Positions 31,040 through 36,412 of a stretch of DNA of 36,412 nucleotides are shown one piece after another (position 1 is the stretch's first letter; every line of letters starts with the position of its first letter). Both the position numbers and the translations under genes were made by a program. Under the pieces are notes generated by a model. That model worked only from the letters and a program-made list of their open reading frames with translations. It searched no databases and was not told where the DNA came from. Source of the DNA: Octopus bimaculoides (taxonomy: Eukaryota); assembly GCF_001194135.2 (NCBI RefSeq), contig NC_068993.1, forward strand, positions 16,624,075-16,660,486. The letters run 5' to 3'.

Positions 31040-31440
31040 ATGGTAACTATATATTTTGTGTAGTTTCTGTCTTTAAAACAGTTTCAAAATTTCCTATTAG
31101 TTTGGTCATTGAACCATCAAACTGTTTAAGGTTGTCATTACAAGATTCTAATTTGGGAGATCTTATTTTTATCCAGAGGTTTTTAGAGATAATAGTAACA
31201 ACATCACTGCTAGTGTCCATTTGCATCTCTGCACTTTAGTATTATTTAACTTAATGCGTGGGTCAATGTGTTGGCATCACTGATTCCAGTGTTGAAGATA
31301 TTTACATGACTCTTGTCACTAACCTCATTAGCATCATCTTGTACACTTTCTCTAAAGATGGACTGGAAATGGTTCTTCTTTAAACAAATATTGATGTTAG
31401 ACAATGCAAAAAAGTGAAAAGAAGAGTTTTTTTCCAAAAC
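31040..31440 (-). pseudogene. gypsy gag zinc-knuckle and aspartic protease relic
   Basis: ICLKKNHFQSIFR (CCHC remnant), then MQMDTSSDVVTIISKNLWIKIRSPKLESCNDNLKQFDGSM (DTG-like motif, D codon 31215-31217). Confidence 0.8.
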
Positions 31441-31514
31441 AGCTTTTAGAGATTATAGTACTATTGCTTTATCATTGTAGTATTGCATATGTTTTGCATA
31501 ACATTGCCTTGTGA

Positions 31515-31862
31515 CTTAATCTTATGGTCATATTTGGTCTGCAGCTATGCTGAAGCACCACATCAAATGGTTTAGTTCAACACATTGACTCCAGTACTTA
31601 GTTTTCTAAATCTGGTACTTATATCAGTTTTCTTTGCTGAACCACTAATTTACAGGGACATAAACAAACCAACACCAGTTGTCAAGCAGTGGTGACACAC
31701 ACATGATTAGTTTCTTTCACTTTCTGTCTACCAGATCCACTCATCACAAGGCTCTGATCAACCCACCCTGGCTATAGAAGACACTTGCTTAAGGTACTGC
31801 ACAGTGAGATTGAACCTGGAACCATGTGGTTGGGAAGCAAACTTCTTACCACATAGCCACAG
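31515..31862 (-). mobile_element. SINE family A inserted in the gypsy relic
   Basis: CTGCAGCTATGCTGAAGCACC...CCAGTTGTCAAGC...TTGAACCTGGAACCATGTGGTTGGGAAGCAAACTTCTTACCAC. Confidence 0.85.
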
Positions 31863-32759
31863 CTTTTTAACATGGCTTTTATATGTGGAAAAGTCTTTTC
31901 TTTTCGGTATGTTTTGCATATGACTACAGCTTAACTTTCTTAGCTGATTAAACCAGTGGACCACATGAAACTACTGATAAACACTTTCTTATGGGACTAT
32001 ATTGGTGAACTTAAGCAAGGCCCTGTGTGTGGGATTATAAATACAATCTTTTTAACAATAATGATTTCTTATTAACAATGACATAGCAGTCTTGTCCCTG
32101 GCAAGACTAAAGTATATTGTCTATTTTGTCTACATTTGTTTTACAAAAAAAAAAAAATTAAAAAGGACACATTCTATAATGTAGTCCTAAGAACACTATT
32201 GTTTCAAGCAGGGCTTTTTTAGATAAAGAAGAAATTGGAAAAAAGAAGCGGGTTGGTTGGCTGAAAGTCAGGCTGACGAGTGGAAGGTGAAAAAGAAAAG
32301 GGTGTAACTGTAGCTAATGAGTAAGGGGACAATGCAATTGATGAAAAGTTATTGTTGACTTTCTGGATTATGTTAGCGTGCGTTTAACTGTATGGTCTTT
32401 GTACAGAAGACATCTGTGAAAATTTTTACAATGATGGACGTGAATGGTCACTGGTCAAAACACTGAGATACAGGAGGTTGGGTGGAAAAAGATTAATTTC
32501 TATGTAAACACACACACAGGCACAATGACACACACACACGTATGAATGCATTATTTCTGTAGTGCATGTGCATACACAAATGTACCACACACACATCTTT
32601 GCTGAGGATACTGTCATTTACTATCTATGTACACACACACACACACACAATGGTACAATAACATATGGTACACCATATGCATAATTTTTTATATACATTC
32701 ACACTGCTACTACAATACACATGCACACACACACAATCATTAATTTCTTTGGACTACAT

Positions 32760-32875
32760 TGTTCAGTGTGTTTTATTTTTCTTAAGATATAGTGTGATTG
32801 CCAGGAGATTTGACTGCTATTTCTAGCACTTCAAATGGCCACATAGAAACCCCCTCATCAGCTCATTATTTAGCT
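32760..32875 (-). mobile_element. Family F fragment
   Basis: AGTGTGATTG...GAGATTTGACTGCTATTTCTAGC...GGCCACATAGAAACCCCC. Confidence 0.65.
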
Positions 32876-33491
32876 TATTCTGTTCTTTGGTCCTTCTGAA
32901 CTGTTTTCATGAGGCCACAATATACTACCAGTTATCAAGTACGAACTTAGAAATTTTGCATCACTAATCCAAGTTCTTAACCAGTCAGTCAGTCAGTCAT
33001 TGAGGTTGGTTACGTTTATCTTTATGCTTATCTGCTTGTGCATTTGTATGTCTATTAATTAATTCATTTGTATTTAAAGTTGCATCTGCCCTCCATCAAT
33101 ACCTTGAGTTTCAAATTTCTGCTTTCCTAATAAGTGTTAGAAAGGCTGTCAAGTAAATGTACATACTTTACTATATGTATTGAGTACTTTTTCCCATCAT
33201 TTGTAAATTCGAACACACAGTGTGTCTGTATACATGTGAGGGTGCATAATATCATTGCAGCGTAAGAGAACACAGGACAATAAGCCAATATGTTTGAAGT
33301 TTACGTCCTATTACCGTATTCTGTTATGTCTCCATCAATGAGACTTAATTCTCAAATGGCACCGTCCATCTAGCCGAAAGTAGGTACTCAGAGTTCAGAG
33401 TCAAAATGAAACTCACAAAGTATATTACATCCAACATTCTAACAACACCATTGCTAATTTGCCATCTTAGTGTAAATATGTAAAGATATAT

Positions 33492-33695
33492 TGTTGTTTA
33501 GTTTAGCCCCAGGTCAATTCTAATTGAGCAGATTTTATGATCAGATATCTCAGTTGTGAACTTAATTCCATTTTGAAGATATCTAAGACTATATTGTCTT
33601 ATTTAAGATGGTATAGTGTGATTTGAGGAGGGACATTATTTTGGCTGCTATTTCTAGCAGGTCAAGTAACCACATAGAAGCACTTTCATTACTTT
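33492..33695 (-). mobile_element. Family F near full-length copy
   Basis: TTGTTGTTTAGTTTAGCCCCAGGTC...GAGCAGA...GTGTGATTTGAGG...TTGGCTGCTATTTCTAGCAGGTCAAGTAACCACATAGAAGC. Confidence 0.8.
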
Positions 33696-34419
33696 GTCAA
33701 TGTGGAACTGTTATATAGTTTTGATGTTCTAAGCCTTCTTCTTTCACATGTAACAGCAGCCCTTGGCACTTTCAACTTTCTAGTTTCATTCCATTCATCA
33801 TTTAAAGCAGACACTGCATCTTTTGTGTCTCCAGTTCTTTCACATTCTTCATCTTCTTCTTCTCTCTCTCTCTCTCTGTTCTAAACATCATCATTATTAT
33901 CATCATCGTATGTAGGCCTCAATATTATAAAGAAACATCCTCAACTGATTTGTATTACAAAAAGAATCAAAAATATTCTACACAAAAAGAATCTTTTGAA
34001 TATTCTGTTTTTATTTTTGTTTCAGTTTCAACATCATCTCTCATGTTATTTTTCTAAATTATATTTCAATCACAATATTCTCTAAATATCTTCAAGTGCC
34101 ATATTCCTTTAAGGAAAATATGCTAACACGCACAAATATTAGGTCGAGCCATACCAGGTCGAAATACTTACTAGAGTCAATAGGACCCAAGGTGGTAGGT
34201 ACCTCAGTATGGCCACAGTTCCGTGACTGAAACCAGTAAAGGAGGTTTTGTCTATGACACATCAAGTGCACTAAATATTATTTACCTTTTTGTGACAAGA
34301 CATGTCTTTTAATAAATGATCAAACTACTTCAAAAAATGAGAGAATAGAAACAGTGACATTCATGCCTTTCCTAATTGCATTTAGAAGTGTAAATGAAAA
34401 GAGATATCACTAGGAATCA

Positions 34420-34429
34420 NNNNNNNNNN
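34420..34429. other. Assembly gap
   Basis: N run. Confidence 1.
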
Positions 34430-34578
34430 CCTCCAAGGTCAACTTTGCCTTTCATCCTTTCAGGGTCGATTAAATAAGTACCAGTTACACACTGGGGTCG
34501 ATATAATCGACTTAATCCATTTGTCTGTCCTTGTTTGTCCCCTCTGTGTGTAGCCACTTGTGGGTAGTAAAGAAATAA
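34430..34578 (+). mobile_element. SINE family D (core and tail; head in gap)
   Basis: GGTCAACTTTGCCTTTCATCCTTTCAGGGTCGATTAAATAAGTACCAG...GGGGTCGATATAATCGAC...GTAAAGAAATAA; matches the 9666 copy. Confidence 0.9.
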
Positions 34579-34667
34579 CACACACACACACACTCACATG
34601 CGTGCGCGCGCACACATGCGTCTGCACTTTTGTAGGCCACATTCCTTATGAAATAATAATTTCAAAT

Positions 34668-34855
34668 TTTAGGACAGAGCCAGCAGTTTTTGAGGGGAGA
34701 GTGAAGTTAGTTACATTGCTTCCAGTTCTTGACTGGTACTTATTCTAGTGACCCCTGAAAAGATGAATGGCAAAGTTGACCTCAGCAGAATTTGAATGTA
34801 AGGTCATGAAAATGGATAAAATGCTGCAAAGCAGTTTGTCCGGCTTGCAGTCTTA
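34668..34855 (-). mobile_element. SINE family D (older, alternative tail)
   Basis: GACTGGTACTTATT...GACCCCTGAAAAGATGAATGGCAAAGTTGACCTCAGCAGAATTTGAA. Confidence 0.8.
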
Positions 34856-35949
34856 CATTCCTAATGAAATAATGTAACTTCTCCACATATCAAAGAAATA
34901 TGTTCCTGAATCTTGTTGTAATGTATAATTCTCTAGTGTGAAACTTCCAAGTTACTCAGAGGTCAGTAGGAAATATGCTTCTCACTATGGGATTTCAAGT
35001 CATAGATTTTCAGGAATGTAACATTTCTGCAATGCAGGGAATGCTTATACAATGCTTTTGTGATCCAATTAATTTTCTTAGTGTTCATAAATTTCATGAG
35101 ATTTCATCTTTATCAATTAAGTTGGTTTTTGGAACATAACTTAAAAATAGTGGGTCTTGCATAAAATTATAATGGAAGATTTAATTATTATATGTCAACA
35201 TTTTAAAATGAGAAGTTTTGTATCAGAACCAGATGTTGTCTTAGGTTGTTATCAAGTGTATTATACATACAGTTTGGTTTATTTTGGGTCATGCTGAATA
35301 TTTTGTTTTTCAGTATAATTTTTTAATTTATTTTGCCAAAATTTTTATCTCAAACTATGTGTTGAAACTTATATCTCTACACTTTAAGAGAATCATGTTG
35401 CCAACAAACCCATTCAGTTAGAGCATTTGAAATCATTGGAAGGTCATAAAGTTGTGTGGTAAAAGATTTCTGACAATATATCTAAAACTGAAATGAACTA
35501 CAACCAACAGGTGTGTTCATTGACAATGTGACCCTCTCAAATTATAACAATATCAGTTCCAAGAGTTATCCACGACTAAAAGTTTTTAGCAATAGAATAA
35601 AACTGTGATGATCAAGAGAATTCTAGAATAATTTGATAAGTTCAAGTTGCCAAGAGGTGTGAAGAAAGTAAGATTTTTGCCCATCAGCTAAGAGTGAAAG
35701 AGAGAGAAAAAGTTGAGGTGGTGGTGGGGTATCACTTGAACTGTAGGTAAACATGTATACATTACATATGTAGATATATAATTATAACATAGTTCTTTTC
35801 TCCTGGCTCAGTATTAATTACATACATATGTCAACTACATTTTCTCCCATCTTTTATGCTCTGTGTCAGTTGTACTTTTGAATAAAATTATTACTTTGTA
35901 TCTATGTATTGACTTCCCTGATGTTTAAAATTGTTTTACTCCATGTATA

Positions 35950-36235
35950 TCACCATCCTCATTTAATGTCCATTTGCAACACTGTTATGGATCGCATGGT
36001 TCAACAAGATTTGATGAGCCAGAGAACTGCACTGAGCTCTAATGTCTGTCTTTGACATGACTTCTATAGCTGAATGCTCTTCCTAATACCAACCACCTTT
36101 GCAGAGTGTGTGTTGGATGCTTTACTCGTGACACTGGCACTTGTAAAGTCACCAAGTAACTTATAAAATGAGATACTCTCTACTGAGTAGAGAGTATAGC
36201 ATTAAGGGAGGTGGCTTTATGCCAAGTGTTGAGGT
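35950..36235 (-). mobile_element. Family B2 copy with 5' extension
   Basis: CATTTAATGTCC...CTTCTATAGCTGAATGCTCTTCCTAATACCAACC...GTCACCAAGTAACTT...GGGAGGTGGCTTTATGCC. Confidence 0.7.
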
Positions 36236-36237
36236 GC

Positions 36238-36412
36238 AGGCATGGCTGTGTGGTAAGAAGCTTTCTTCCCAATCACATGGTTCCGGGTTCAGTCCCACTG
36301 TGTGGCACCTTGGGCAAGTGTCTTCTTCTGAAGTCTCGGGCCAGCCAAAGCCTTGTGAGTCGATTTGGTAGACGGAAACTGAAAGAAACCCTTTGTAAAT
36401 ATATATATATAT
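36238..36412 (+). mobile_element. SINE family A head, runs off window end
   Basis: GCATGGCTGTGTGGTAAGAAGC...GGTTCCGGGTTCAGTCCC...GGAAACTGAAAGAAACCC-(TA)n. Confidence 0.9.

Larger units (their letters stand above)
29880..32080 (-). mobile_element. Highly decayed Ty3/gypsy LTR retrotransposon with candidate flanking LTR remnants
   Basis: gag zinc-knuckle, protease, RT C-terminus and RNase H relics in gypsy order on minus; ~110-bp diverged direct repeats at about 29870-29990 and 31968-32075. Confidence 0.75.

Noticed and set aside
30955-31239. 94-aa plus-strand ORF (also 30534-30719)
   Set aside because: Antisense shadows of the minus-strand gypsy pol relic.

Overview
AT-rich, repeat-dense eukaryotic genomic DNA with six assembly gaps. 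The SINE families and (TA)n/(CA)n density look like a coleoid cephalopod, probably Octopus; this is my recall, not a database result. No intact protein-coding gene is supported, and most ORF-track entries are microsatellite, N-run or antisense-to-transposon artefacts. The window is a mosaic of about five short retroposon families, given working labels. A: tRNA-like head, internal microsatellite, GACTGAAACAAGTAAAAGA tail. B: (GAT)n-tailed, RTE-like. C: tRNA-derived, (CAA)n tail. D: tRNA-derived, Meta-domain-like core. F: unclassified, (AAC)n tail. It also holds a CORE-like SINE, two hAT MITEs with 8-bp TSDs, two TTAA/piggyBac-like MITEs, an internally deleted DD37D (maT) Tc1/mariner element, a CR1-like LINE 3' relic and a very decayed Ty3/gypsy element with candidate LTRs. 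The most notable unexplained structure is a head-to-head inverted pair of minimal type-I hammerhead-ribozyme-like motifs at 21515-21608 (Penelope/retrozyme-like). Also notable are repeated tandem amplification of one hairpin motif of family B and a candidate FN3-like minus-strand exon at 19236-19369. Repeat boundaries were set by eye and are approximate (+/-10-20 bp) unless a TSD is quoted.
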